This document shows, one piece after another, positions 18,678 through 29,332 of a stretch of DNA of 64,000 nt (its first letter is position 1; each line of letters opens with the position of its first letter). The stretch covers positions 896,001 to 960,000 of the forward strand of contig OZ250165.1 of NCBI GenBank assembly GCA_965238005.1. The letters run 5' to 3'. The translations under genes and the position numbers were made by a program. This DNA comes from Longimicrobiales bacterium. Its GTDB lineage: Bacteria > Gemmatimonadota > Gemmatimonadetes > Longimicrobiales > Gaopeijiaceae. The notes below the pieces were generated by a model. The model searched no databases. It was not told the DNA's origin and saw only the letters and a program-made list of their open reading frames with translations.

Positions 18678-20972
18678 TCAGTTCATTGTCATCTTCACCC
18701 TCGGCCCGGGAGGCATGAACCTGTGTAAGAAGTCGGTTCGCAGGTTGTACAAGTGATCCTGCGTATTTCGACCTACTCTCAATCCATGGTTGCGGTTGGG
18801 ATATACCATCATGCTGAACTGCTTCTCGTGGGCGACTAATTCATTGACCAGAGATTCAAAACTCTGGTAATGCACGTTCGAGTCTCCGCTACCGTGAATG
18901 ATGAGCAAATTGCCTTCGAGGCGATGTGCCCAGGTTATCGGCGAGCCGTTTTCGTAGCCCTCCATATTCTCGTCGATGAGTCCCATAAAACGTTCTTGAT
19001 AGCCGGGATGGTAAAACCGCTGGTGGCTCACAAACGAGGACGGCATGGCGAGCTTGTACAGATCCGGGTACCGAAAGATGAGATTGAGGCTCATCTGGCC
19101 TCCACCGCTGTGTCCGTAGATCCCGACTCTTTCGGGGTCCAAGTATGGGGTGGTGGCGAGGATCTCCGTTGTGGCGGCGGCGTGGTCCTTGGCCGCTAAG
19201 ATTCCGAGCTGACGGTGAATACTCTTGCGCCAAATGCGACTTCTGGGAGCCGAGGTACCCCGAGGGTCGACACTCATCACAACGTATCCCTGCTGCGTGA
19301 GCATCAGATGCCACAGGTATCTCGTGCCGGCCCATGAGTCCAACACGGTCTGTCCGGCAGGCTCTCCGTAGATGTAAAAAAACAGCGGATACTTCTGTTG
19401 TGGATCAAAATCCGGTGGCTTGATGGTAAACGCGTCCAACTCCAATCCGTCCCCAATATCCACGCGGAAAAATTCCGTGGGACTCTTCTCGAGCTCGGCC
19501 AACTTTTGGCGAAGGTCGGTGTTGTCCTCGAGCACCCTCGCGGAGCGGTGATCCGGAATGCGAATCAGATCGACCTCCGGCGGGGTGTCTTTCGTCGAGA
19601 AGGTGTGGATGGCCCAATTGAAATCAGGCGACACCTGATAGCCATGGGTGCCGGGGGATTCCATCGGAGTGATCCGTTCGGAAGTCCCGCTACCGTCCAG
19701 CGGTACCCGGAACAAGAAACGCTGTGTCGCGTTGTCCGGCGACGCCATGTAGTAGAGCCACCCTTCTTCTTCATCTATTCCCTGAATCACGATGACGTCG
19801 AACGGGCCCGGCGTGAGCAAACCCAACTCCTGCCCCGTGCGTGAGTACAAGTACACGTGCGACCACCCGTCACGTTCACTCACAAACGTGAACTTCTCAC
19901 CACCGTCGAGCCAATAGATGTTGTTCGGCTCGACCCAGGCGCTGTCTGTTTCGACGAGGATCGACCGGACGGCACCCTCTGGAACATCCGCCAGCAACAC
20001 CCGCAGAGTGTTCTGACGTCGGTTCATGATTTGCAACACCAATTCACTGGAACTGGCCGCCCAATCCATCCGCCACAGATAGTCTTCGTGAGGATCTGCC
20101 GGTAGATCCAACCAGCTCGTCTCTCCTCCGCCGGAGGCGACAACGCCCACCCGGAACGAGGCCATCTTCTGTCCCACTTTTACATAGGGAAACGATACGA
20201 TCTCAGGATAGAGGGTCTCGGTGTTGTTGATCATGTAGAAGTCCGGAACGTCGCTCCAGTCCGACTGCACATAAACGACGAGTTTGCCGTCCGGACTCCA
20301 GGCGTATCCACCCTTGCCCGCAATCAGGTCTCCGTATCGCCTGTTGAGCATGGAATTGCTGGCGGATTTGATTCTCCCGTTGAACAGCCGCTCCGCCCCG
20401 TCCGTCGTCAACCGGATGATCTCGAATGACGTAAGGTCTTCCACATAGATGTCATTGTCTTTGACGTAACTGACGCGACGCCCCTCCGGGGAGAACCTGG
20501 CAGTCTGCAACGATTGGGGGGCCGCATCGCGTCCAAGCTTGTGCCAGTTCCATCCCAGGAGGTCGAGGACCCAGTAGTCCTGTGCTGCACTGCCTCGGAC
20601 CACCTGTTTGAGATTGGTGGATATGAGAAGTTTGGATCCGTTAGGGGACCAGGAATAACTCTCGATCTCCATCGGTGATGACTCGCCCGGCAGGATCAGT
20701 CTCCACGCCGGAACCGCCACCACCTTCGCGCCGGTCTCCGCGTCGTACCTCACCACATCTCTCGCGCCGTCGTTAGTATCCGATGCTTCCAAAAGGGTGT
20801 AACTGGCCCCACCCGCCGACCACACCACGGGCCCGAATGACTTGGCCCGGAACCCTGAACTCAAGATTCTCTCTACGGTCAGCAGTGAAGAGTCGTCTTG
20901 CTGAGCAAGGGCCGGAAAACGTGGCACTGCCAGAACGGTTATTGCCAGTACCGTTATTGCCAGATTTCTCAT
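18678..20972 (-). CDS. S9B/DPP-IV-like serine hydrolase E
   Basis: GGAGG RBS before ATG 20972, YGEP, GHSGGG, HGSGDSNVH, YPNRNH. The signal peptide contains a 15-bp duplication (LAITV x2). Confidence 0.92.
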   Translation of the reverse strand: MRNLAITVLAITVLAVPRFPALAQQDDSSLLTVERILSSGFRAKSFGPVVWSAGGASYTLLEASDTNDGARDVVRYDAETGAKVVAVPAWRLILPGESSPMEIESYSWSPNGSKLLISTNLKQVVRGSAAQDYWVLDLLGWNWHKLGRDAAPQSLQTARFSPEGRRVSYVKDNDIYVEDLTSFEIIRLTTDGAERLFNGRIKSASNSMLNRRYGDLIAGKGGYAWSPDGKLVVYVQSDWSDVPDFYMINNTETLYPEIVSFPYVKVGQKMASFRVGVVASGGGETSWLDLPADPHEDYLWRMDWAASSSELVLQIMNRRQNTLRVLLADVPEGAVRSILVETDSAWVEPNNIYWLDGGEKFTFVSERDGWSHVYLYSRTGQELGLLTPGPFDVIVIQGIDEEEGWLYYMASPDNATQRFLFRVPLDGSGTSERITPMESPGTHGYQVSPDFNWAIHTFSTKDTPPEVDLIRIPDHRSARVLEDNTDLRQKLAELEKSPTEFFRVDIGDGLELDAFTIKPPDFDPQQKYPLFFYIYGEPAGQTVLDSWAGTRYLWHLMLTQQGYVVMSVDPRGTSAPRSRIWRKSIHRQLGILAAKDHAAATTEILATTPYLDPERVGIYGHSGGGQMSLNLIFRYPDLYKLAMPSSFVSHQRFYHPGYQERFMGLIDENMEGYENGSPITWAHRLEGNLLIIHGSGDSNVHYQSFESLVNELVAHEKQFSMMVYPNRNHGLRVGRNTQDHLYNLRTDFLHRFMPPGPRVKMTMN

Positions 20973-21025
20973 TCTGTCCTCCATGTTGTCAGCCGAGCAG
21001 TCGAATTCGGACCTAGCGCAACGCC

Positions 21026-23362
21026 TCACTCCAATGCGCTCGCAGCCTCGCGAATCATCGTGATGTCGGCGACGAAGATGCTGCGACCGTGTGTGCCTAT
21101 GACGAGTTCTGGATCCCGCGGATGAACTACCAGATCGTAAACGGCTGCCGTGGGCAGATCGGCACAAAGCGAGTGCCAGGTGGCACCGCCATCGACACTC
21201 GCGTACACGCCAAGGTCGGTACCCACGTAGAGAATCCGTGCATCGGTGGGATCTTCAGCGATGACGTTTATCGGTTCGGATGGCATATTCGCCGCGATCG
21301 ACACCCAGGATTCGCCGAAATCAGTCGAGCGATATACGTACTTTTCGAAGTCGTCGTCGCGGTACCCTGTGAAGGACACATACACGGTACGAAGATCGTA
21401 CCGTGACGCCGCTACTCGGCTCACCCACTTCTCCGGCAAGCCACCATCGATCCTGGCCCAGGTTGCACCGTCGTCGCGCGTTACGTGGATGTAACCGTCA
21501 TCCGCTCCGGTGTAGAGCAGGCCTCGGCGCAAAGGCGATTCGGATACCGTCGTCAGAGTTCCGAAGGGAACGTTGCCCTGGGTCGATGGCTGGCTCGTGA
21601 GATCCGGACTGATGGCGCTCCAAGAGTCGCCGCGGTCCAACGACTTGAAGAGGATGTTCGCACCGTAATAGAGGGTCCGAGGATCGTAGTACGAAATGAA
21701 GAACGGCGTCATCCAATTCGAGCGGAGCGCGGGTTGGCCTTCCTCCGCCTGCGGCCGGATTCGGGGTGCCGTGTCCGCAGCCATTTCCTTCCGTCGCAGG
21801 TCTCCAAACTGATGCTCGTAATAGATCACGTCGGGATTGGTCGGATCGCGGTAGGTGAAGTAGGAATCCCCACCACCCCACCGGTCGAGATAGACATGCC
21901 TCCAAGGATCGTCAACGTCCCACTCGACGACGTGGGTGCTCGGGCCCCAGAGCGCCGCGTCGTCTTGTGTGCCGCCGTAAATATTGTACGGCCACTCCAT
22001 ATCCACCGAGACCGCGTAGAACTCACCGATCGGCAGGTTATTGAGGTGAAGCCACGACTCCCCTCGGTCGTAGGAGACGTGGAGACCTCCGTCGTTACCG
22101 AGGATCATATGATCGGGGTCTTGCGGATTGATCCAAAGCTCGTGCTGGTCGAGGTGAAGCACGCGGGAGCCGTGCGGTAAGAGGTGCACCAGCGTGCCCT
22201 CTATCTGCCGGTACGTCCTGCCGCCGTTCTCCGACGCCCAGAACCGGTTGCCAGGTACGTACACCACGTCCTCGTTGTCCGGTGCGATCTTGATGATGCA
22301 GAAGTCGTAGCCCGCCGGGACGCGCTCCTCGTTCACCTTCCTCCACGTGGCCCCGCGGTCGTCGGAACGATAGACCTCACCGCCGATCCTTCTCGGTCCC
22401 CGTTCATCCCGGGTAGTGTCCGGATCGGGGAGGTGGTTGTCGAGAAGTGCGTACACCACGTTCGGGTTCGACGGCGCAACGTCAATAGCGATACGACCCA
22501 CGCCCTCACCTGTGGGGAAACCGTTGGTGAGCTTCTCCCATGAGTTACCACCGTCGGTCGTCTTGTAGATGCCGCTCCCCTCCCCGCTCGCCGTATGCCC
22601 CCAGGCCTTTCTCGTCCGTTGCCACGCCGTGGCGTAGAGGGTGTTGGGATCGGAGGGATCCATGACGAGATCCACAACGCCGACACGATCGCTTATGTAG
22701 AGGATTTTTTCCCAGGTGTCTCCACCGTCGACGGTCTTGTAGAGACCTCTTTCCTCGTTGAACGTGTAGAGGTGACCGATCGCCGCGACGTACACGATGT
22801 CGGGGTCGCGCGGGTGGATCAGTACTTGTCCGATGTGGTGCGTGTCCGCGAGCCCCATGTGCTGCCACGTTTCACCGGCGTCGACGGACTTGAACACACC
22901 GGTTCCCGCATAGGAGCTGCGGGCCATGAGCACTTCACCAGTTCCGACCCAGACGACGTTCGGGTCCGACTCCGCCACAGCCACGTCGCCGATCGCAAAC
23001 GTCGACTGCTTCTCGAAGATCGGCGTCCACGTCGTGCCGTTGGTCACCGTCTTCCAGAGGTTCCCCGATCCCACTCCGACATAGAACGTGGAGGTCTCAC
23101 CGGCAGGTACGGCTATGCTTTCGATCCGACCCCCCTGCTTTTGCGGTCCGACTGCCCGCCATTCGAGATCGGCGAAGGGTGATTCGCGTTCCATTCGCTG
23201 GTGCTGCTCCCAGGAGCGCAGCCGAGTCGTTACATCGGTTGGGTTCTCACGACCGCGAAGTGTCTGACGCGAAGCGTCGATTTGATCGGCCGAGAGAGGG
23301 ACGGACAGAAGCGCGAGCGCGGCCATTACCAAGAACGTCGTTGCTGAGCTTCTCAATTTCAT
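21026..23362 (-). CDS. VPS10/sortilin-like BNR beta-propeller (glycosyl-hydrolase-like) secreted protein
   Basis: GGAGG RBS, WRAVGP..GGRI, VWVGTGE, many SxDxGxTW boxes, LVIGTHGRSI. Confidence 0.88.
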   Translation of the reverse strand: MKLRSSATTFLVMAALALLSVPLSADQIDASRQTLRGRENPTDVTTRLRSWEQHQRMERESPFADLEWRAVGPQKQGGRIESIAVPAGETSTFYVGVGSGNLWKTVTNGTTWTPIFEKQSTFAIGDVAVAESDPNVVWVGTGEVLMARSSYAGTGVFKSVDAGETWQHMGLADTHHIGQVLIHPRDPDIVYVAAIGHLYTFNEERGLYKTVDGGDTWEKILYISDRVGVVDLVMDPSDPNTLYATAWQRTRKAWGHTASGEGSGIYKTTDGGNSWEKLTNGFPTGEGVGRIAIDVAPSNPNVVYALLDNHLPDPDTTRDERGPRRIGGEVYRSDDRGATWRKVNEERVPAGYDFCIIKIAPDNEDVVYVPGNRFWASENGGRTYRQIEGTLVHLLPHGSRVLHLDQHELWINPQDPDHMILGNDGGLHVSYDRGESWLHLNNLPIGEFYAVSVDMEWPYNIYGGTQDDAALWGPSTHVVEWDVDDPWRHVYLDRWGGGDSYFTYRDPTNPDVIYYEHQFGDLRRKEMAADTAPRIRPQAEEGQPALRSNWMTPFFISYYDPRTLYYGANILFKSLDRGDSWSAISPDLTSQPSTQGNVPFGTLTTVSESPLRRGLLYTGADDGYIHVTRDDGATWARIDGGLPEKWVSRVAASRYDLRTVYVSFTGYRDDDFEKYVYRSTDFGESWVSIAANMPSEPINVIAEDPTDARILYVGTDLGVYASVDGGATWHSLCADLPTAAVYDLVVHPRDPELVIGTHGRSIFVADITMIREAASALE

Positions 23363-23420
23363 CCTCCATGATGTTCGCGCTCGGGGGGACAGATTCCTCA
23401 GGGATTCAGGGAGCACCAAC

Positions 23421-25157
23421 TCAACCACCGAGATCGGGACGTCTTCGATAGAAACCCGCCGTGTCCTGGTACGCCTTCGCCAAAGCGAGGAGCTTTTCCT
23501 CACCGTAGACGGCGCCGACAAACGCAATGCCGGTGGGAGTGCCCTGCCCCGTGAAGCCGTTGGGAACCGCAACGACCGGGTGACCCGTCATGCTGGTGAG
23601 CGGATTGATCGATCGATACGGCGCAACGAGGACATCGATCCCGTCCATCGCCTCGGCTACCTCTTGCATGAGAAGCATCCGAATGCGATTTGCCTGGAGG
23701 TACTCGACCGCCGGCACTAGCTGTGAGACACGAAGCTCTCCGCGGTGGTTTTGCCTCCGCAGGCCCACGTCCTGGCGTGTGTGTGTGAATTCTTGGAAGC
23801 CTGCCGCCCGCTCAACGTATTCGATGAAATAAATGAGACGGTTTTGGGGGATCTCCACAGCTTGGAGTGGCAAGCCCATCGACCGGAGGGTATCCAGTAC
23901 CGCCTTGGCGTTCGCTGTATCCTCCGCACGTTGCTGCGGACGCTGGGTGCGCCGACCAAGGTCGTCCAAGCGCTGTTCATCAAACGCCGACTCGAAGTAC
24001 CCAACGCGAAGAGTTCCTATATCCAGGTTTGCGTCCCAGTTGAATGGCACGTCGCGCGGCACCGCGAGGTCTTTACCGTCCGGCCCTGCAATGGCGTGCA
24101 AAACGACTGCACAGTCTTCGGCCATGCGACACATCGGCCCGATCTTGTCGAGGCTGTAGCCCGCGGCCATGGCTCCATACCGACTCACGCGTCCAAACGT
24201 CGGTCTCAGTCCCACGACACCGCATCGCACCGAGGGCGAGAGAATGGATCCTCCGGTGTCGGTCCCTATGCCGAAGCCGACGAGGCCCGCAGCCGTCGCC
24301 GAGCCTGAGCCCGCTGACGAGCCGCTCGAGCCTTGCTGCGGGTCCCATGGGTTGTTGGTGCGACCGCCAAACCAGGTATCTCCAAAGGCCAGCTCACCGG
24401 TAGTCAGCTTCGCAACTAGAATCGCGCCCGCTTCGTCCAGACGCTCCACGACGGTGGCGTCGTAGTCGAAGACCTGATTCTCGAACTGCGCCGCACCCCA
24501 CGTCGTTCGGTATCCTGCGACGGAGATGATGTCTTTGACTCCCCAAGGAATACCGTGCAGCGGACCACGGTACCGACCTGCTGCAATTTCGGCGTCGGCC
24601 TGTGCGGCCTGCTCCCGGGCCCGGCGTTCGGTGAGCGTTACCACGCAGTTCAACGTCCCGTTGTAACGCTTGAGCCGATTCAAATACATCTCCGTCAGCT
24701 CGCTCGGCGCGACCTGACGCGACTCGATTAACTGCGCGAGCCGAGTCACGGGCCAAAACGCCACCTCCTCGAGTCGTGACGGACGGGTCTCGGCTGGTAT
24801 ATCGCTCAGCACGAGCGACCCCTCGCTTCGATCGGCGGCCGTTCCCGGTACGACGGGATTGAAGTAAAAAGGCGGTGGCACGCTGTTGTCGAGGTGAGTT
24901 TCTCTGATTTCCTCAATAGTTTCGAGACTCTCGCGTACACCTTCGACCATCATCTCGAGTTCTTCCTGGTTGAAATCCAGGCCGGCGACTTGCGAAGCGG
25001 CCTTCACCATCTCGAGCGTGATTGTCTGATCCTGGGTCTCGTGGACCTTTGCCCACAGCGCGCCCGGCATGAGTGTGGACGACAAGCCGATGCCGGAGAA
25101 ATACCCAAGAAAGCGACGCCGTGATTGAGGATGGTCTCGAACGGTTTCGGTATTCAT
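23421..25157 (-). CDS. Amidase-signature family amidase with Tat signal
   Basis: SRRRFL twin-arginine motif, GPLHGIPWGVKD, GSSGSSAG, GTDTGGSI. Confidence 0.92.
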   Translation of the reverse strand: MNTETVRDHPQSRRRFLGYFSGIGLSSTLMPGALWAKVHETQDQTITLEMVKAASQVAGLDFNQEELEMMVEGVRESLETIEEIRETHLDNSVPPPFYFNPVVPGTAADRSEGSLVLSDIPAETRPSRLEEVAFWPVTRLAQLIESRQVAPSELTEMYLNRLKRYNGTLNCVVTLTERRAREQAAQADAEIAAGRYRGPLHGIPWGVKDIISVAGYRTTWGAAQFENQVFDYDATVVERLDEAGAILVAKLTTGELAFGDTWFGGRTNNPWDPQQGSSGSSAGSGSATAAGLVGFGIGTDTGGSILSPSVRCGVVGLRPTFGRVSRYGAMAAGYSLDKIGPMCRMAEDCAVVLHAIAGPDGKDLAVPRDVPFNWDANLDIGTLRVGYFESAFDEQRLDDLGRRTQRPQQRAEDTANAKAVLDTLRSMGLPLQAVEIPQNRLIYFIEYVERAAGFQEFTHTRQDVGLRRQNHRGELRVSQLVPAVEYLQANRIRMLLMQEVAEAMDGIDVLVAPYRSINPLTSMTGHPVVAVPNGFTGQGTPTGIAFVGAVYGEEKLLALAKAYQDTAGFYRRRPDLGG

Positions 25158-25598
25158 GGTTCCTCCGTTGCGGTTCGTTGTGTCTCTCTACTGGCTCCAG
25201 CCAAGAAAAACCCGCGCCTCCTTCGACGACGACGCGCGAGCCCATCCAGCGCTCAACCGTCTCGCCAAGACGGGGTCGAGCGGGTCGCGCTCCTAGGGAG
25301 CCCCGGAGTGCGTGGGCGCAAAATACTCGGCGCACAGCGGTGCGGCAATCCTGAGCTGGAGGCCGCTCACTCCCCCCCTCAGTTACGAGGACCCAAGGAT
25401 TCGGGCCATCTCGCGGAAAGAGAACCCTGTCAGACGCTTACAAGCACGTTCTGAGCGCTTTCGGGCTTTATTCGGTTTCCTGGGGGCCTTCCCGTGGCAG
25501 GCGTTTGCCGCGCTGAGGGCAAGGCCAGTCCACTCTTACCGACTCCTCTACCGCTGTTGCCATGAGCCATCTCCTCCACCATGAGGAGCTGCACACAT

Positions 25599-25627
25599 TT
25601 GACAAGCGCAAGTATCTCCAGCAAACT
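25599..25627 (+). promoter_or_regulatory. Possible sigma70-type promoter for the FG-GAP gene
   Basis: Perfect TTGACA, 17-nt spacer, weak -10 (CAAACT). Confidence 0.25.
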
Positions 25628-25779
25628 GGCCATTGTTCTGCAAGAGGCGGGGAACGTGAAGAAGTCAATGTTTAAGAAGGCCTGGGGGCGGATCATGTCG
25701 ACGCCCCAATCGCTTCTGCCAACCTCGTGAAACCCTCGCATCCCCAGGAGATGTGCCGATGCTGAAAGGGACGAGCATT

Positions 25780-27252
25780 ATGAAAACGACCCTTTACATC
25801 GCCGCTGTTCTTCCGCCGATGGGAATCATGAGCTTGCTTGGGTGTGTCTCTGAGGCGGCGTCCGCAGCCGATGCCGCCGTACCTCCATGTCCGGAGGACG
25901 AGTCGACCCCCTGCTGGTCAGTTATGATGGTGGGGGGTGTCGAGGGGTCCCCGACTGTCTGTGACCTCGACGGCGATGGACGTCTCGAAGCGCTGGTTCC
26001 CATATCGGTGTTCGACCAGCCCGATAAAAGTTATCTGATCGCGCTCGACGCTATAACTGGAAGCGTTCTTTGGCAATCCGCGATGGGGGGCGCCAGTTAC
26101 TCGTATCCGTACTGTGTCGATGTCAACGGCGATGGCGTTGAGGACCTCCTTGTCGGGGGCCGAACCATGGACGTGACCGCGTTGTCCGGGGTGGACGGCG
26201 AGCGCCTCTGGTCACTCGCCCAGACCTATCCGGACGAGTTTCCCGGAAACCTCTCGTCTGGCAACACGTCCTCTGTCGCAGGAGCCTCGATCGAGGCCCA
26301 GACCCTGTTTGTCTCCGCGGGAGGTTCCCACAGCGACGCCCCCGGCCGACTGCTCGCATTGCGACCGGATGGGTCGTTGTTGCAAACCTGGTTCGAGCCC
26401 GCGAACCAACCGGTTTACTCGAGCCCCGCCGTCGTGCGGCTTTTTACCGGCGAGTTACTCGTTGCGGTCGGCTCCGGGGGGGAGAAGTCCCCGGGAAGCC
26501 TCCATTGGTTGCAATTCGACGAGTCCACCGACCGCTTTTCGTACCGCGCCGGGATTGCGTCTGCCTGTCTGGAGGGGGGATTCATCTCCTCGCCTTTTTG
26601 GGGCGACCTAACCGGGGACGCTCTTCCGGAGTTGGTGGGTACCGATTTTTGTGGTGGGGTCCACGCGGTCTCAATCGATGGATCTAGGCTGTGGAGCTAT
26701 GCGGACGAAGTCTTGTATGCTACCGCGAATCCGCTGTTGGCGGATCTCACCGGCGACGGAACGTTCGACGTCGTCGCCGCTTTCCATTCGTTTAACTTCA
26801 GTCTTCCCGAAACCTGGGAACCGGTCGCAAGCGCAGTGGTCGCTCTCGATGGATTGACCGGAGATCTGCTATGGCGGACGGAGCTGTCCACAATCGTGTT
26901 CGCCTCGCCCATCTCGGCCGACTTTGACCTCGATGGCGTAGAGGATGTCTGGATCGTGGGCACCGGGCTCCCCGACCAGGAGAACGAATTTACTGTGCTC
27001 TCGGGCACCTCGGGCGAACTCCTTTATACGAAGGTTGGGGGAGGCGGCTTTGGAACCCCGGTTCTTGGCGACTTCGACCGTAACGGTAGTATAGATGTGT
27101 TGTTTACGGAGATGGAGAGTGTGAGGGACCCCTTGGGGCCGGGCCGCATCCTTCGAATGGAGTTCGCGGACCGTCCGTATACACCGACGGCGTCGTTCAG
27201 CGGCTTTCGCGGGGTGCCGGTTCACAGTGGCCATCGGCCATCCCCCCCTTAG
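25780..27252 (+). CDS. FG-GAP/VCBS-repeat beta-propeller lipoprotein
   Basis: Lipobox LLGC, repeated DxDGDG Ca-binding motifs (DLDGDG, DVNGDG, DLTGDA, DLTGDG, DFDLDG, DFDRNG), ALDxxTG..LW PQQ-like repeats. Start uncertain (25753/25759/25780). Confidence 0.75.
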   Translation: MKTTLYIAAVLPPMGIMSLLGCVSEAASAADAAVPPCPEDESTPCWSVMMVGGVEGSPTVCDLDGDGRLEALVPISVFDQPDKSYLIALDAITGSVLWQSAMGGASYSYPYCVDVNGDGVEDLLVGGRTMDVTALSGVDGERLWSLAQTYPDEFPGNLSSGNTSSVAGASIEAQTLFVSAGGSHSDAPGRLLALRPDGSLLQTWFEPANQPVYSSPAVVRLFTGELLVAVGSGGEKSPGSLHWLQFDESTDRFSYRAGIASACLEGGFISSPFWGDLTGDALPELVGTDFCGGVHAVSIDGSRLWSYADEVLYATANPLLADLTGDGTFDVVAAFHSFNFSLPETWEPVASAVVALDGLTGDLLWRTELSTIVFASPISADFDLDGVEDVWIVGTGLPDQENEFTVLSGTSGELLYTKVGGGGFGTPVLGDFDRNGSIDVLFTEMESVRDPLGPGRILRMEFADRPYTPTASFSGFRGVPVHSGHRPSPP

Positions 27253-27275
27253 GCTGGCGCTGCCCCTCGGTCAGT

Positions 27276-27467
27276 GTGATTGATGGAACCCCGGCCAACG
27301 ACACGCGCACCGGCCTGGCCGAATGGAGTCAGATCCCTGTCTCCGCGATCGAGAGGATCGAGGTTCTTCGTGGCTCGGCGTCGGTGGTCTATGGCGATGC
27401 AGCGCTCGGTGCCGTGGTACACGTCGTGACCCGCGGTGGATCGAGACCAGCCTTGGCCGGTTCCTGA
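27276..27467 (+). pseudogene. TonB-dependent receptor plug-domain fragment
   Basis: IDGTP...IPVSAIERIEVLRGSASVVYGDAALGAVVHVVTR is the plug C-terminal signature; no barrel follows. Confidence 0.8.
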
Positions 27468-27487
27468 CGGATTAGGCTCGAGGCTGC

Positions 27488-28959
27488 CTACGAGGCATAG
27501 TCCTCCAAAATCAGTTGCGCCCGGTTCTCTTCGGAGACGCGCTGGCGGTACGGGCGAGCCGCGAACCAGAATCCGATCCCCGTGGCGCTGAGCGCCCCGA
27601 GGATCAGCCATTCAAGAGGCCAGACGAGTACGCTCGGACTGTTAGGAATGAGCATCACGGCCAGGATAAACAGCGAGCCGGCGGCCGCCACGTAGGCAAG
27701 CGCGTTACCGCCGGGCATCCTGTACGGACGTTCCATGTGTGGGAACTTCTTGCGCAGTTGGACGAGCGAGAGCGCCACCCCCAGGAACGCCAGCGCGATA
27801 CAAAACGAGCCGACGTCGACAAACGCGATGATCGCCCCTCGCCCGAGGCACGCGGAGAGGAACGTTACCAGACCGCTGAACAGGACCGCATTTGCGGGGG
27901 TCCCGTATCGAGGATGGGTCTGGCCGAACGATTCGTGGATGATGTGGGCGCGCCCTAGAGAAAAGAGCACACGGGAGCCCGCCAGGAAGAAGCCGTTCCA
28001 ACTCGTGAGCAGGCCGATCAACCCGGCGACGAGCACGAGGTTGACAAGCAGCCGGGACTCGAACGCCGACTCGAACGCCGCGGCTGTGGGCAGGTCTTCG
28101 CCCACGATGCTCCGCCAGGGCGCCGTCATACCTGCTCCGAGGATGATCGCAATATAGAAAATCGTCGAGCCGACGATGGCGAGGATGACGTAAAGGCCGA
28201 GCCGATGGAGGGGCGAGTTTTCTCGGCGCTCCTCGGCCGCCTGGGGAATCGTGTCGAAGCCGACGTACCAGAATGGAACGTCACGAAGACGGCGAGCATG
28301 CCCCCCAGGGCGCCCCTCAGGCCGCTACTCCCGGGAGATCTGTCCCCGAAATAGGGGGCCAGGTTGCCGATCTCGCCGCTGGCGATGCCCGAGACTACAA
28401 AAAAGACGGCGCAGAGCAGGAAAAGGGCCGTCAGCGCGATCTGGACCCGCAAGGCGATCGCCACGCCGAAATAGTTGATCGCGGTGATGAAGCCAGTAAA
28501 GAAGAGGGCCAGCAGTAGGTGCGATGCGTAGACCGTCGAGTCCGCGATCTCGTAGAGCGGAAGAACGTCGATCTGCGGGACCAAGAACGAGAGGACCAAC
28601 CCTACCGAAATGGCTTCGAATGCCGAGACGGACAGATAGCCGAAAGCCAAGAACCATCCGATGACGAAGGCCCTGGAGGTGTCATAGGCCTTATAGGCGT
28701 ATGCCACCTCTCCGCCGGTCACCGGAAGCATGGGTGTGACCTCGGCGTAACAGAGCCCGATGACCAGCATGAGCGTGCCGCCCAGCGTAAACGCAAGCAT
28801 CGCCCCGACCGGGCCGGCTTGCTCGAACCAGCCGCCCAAGGCGGTGATCCAACCGACGCCGATGATCGAGCCGAAAGCGAGCGCGAAAAAACCGAAGCCG
28901 CTGATCGCCCGTTTCAGCTCCGGGCGCGCGGTGGATACCTCTGTGGAATCGGTGGGCAT
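27488..28959 (-). pseudogene. APC-family amino acid permease with a single 1-bp-deletion frameshift near 28280
   Basis: FGSIIGVGW and YAEVTPMLPVTGGE. Restoring one base gives VFVT(V)PFWYVGFDTIPQAAEE, which runs in frame into ORF 27488-28129. Confidence 0.85.
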
Positions 28960-29332
28960 GAAACCCTGCTCAATGCTCCCGGCAACGTCGTCATGTCCGC
29001 GGACCGGGGTGACGACGGGAGGAGGTCCTCGGAAAGAACGATCATGTCGGCCAGCTTGCCCGGCTCGAGTCCGAAGTAACCGGGCTAGCTCCGGCAAGGA
29101 TAGTAGCCCCAGGGGCCACCCAAACTCCACTCTTGGGGGGAATTAGTCAGGAGATGATTGAGCGCATCCGCGTGACTATTCCTAAAGGGCCGGCTGGCCA
29201 CCGTGGACGAGATCGACTGGATTGCGGAAAAGCTCCGATACCCCGACGGAGGATTGATTTGAGAGAGTGGTTGCTCTATACCTTCGGCGATGCCCGCTGG
29301 TCTGAAATTGCCACCTTCGATGTGAGGTTCGT

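Noticed and set aside
25380..25470. HTH-like peptide on the minus strand (KRLTGFSFREMARILG)
   Set aside because: No start codon or extended homology; could be chance.
29154..29240. Possible LytTR-domain relic (MIERIRVTIPKG / LATVDEIDWIAE)
   Set aside because: Too short and split across frames to support without a search.
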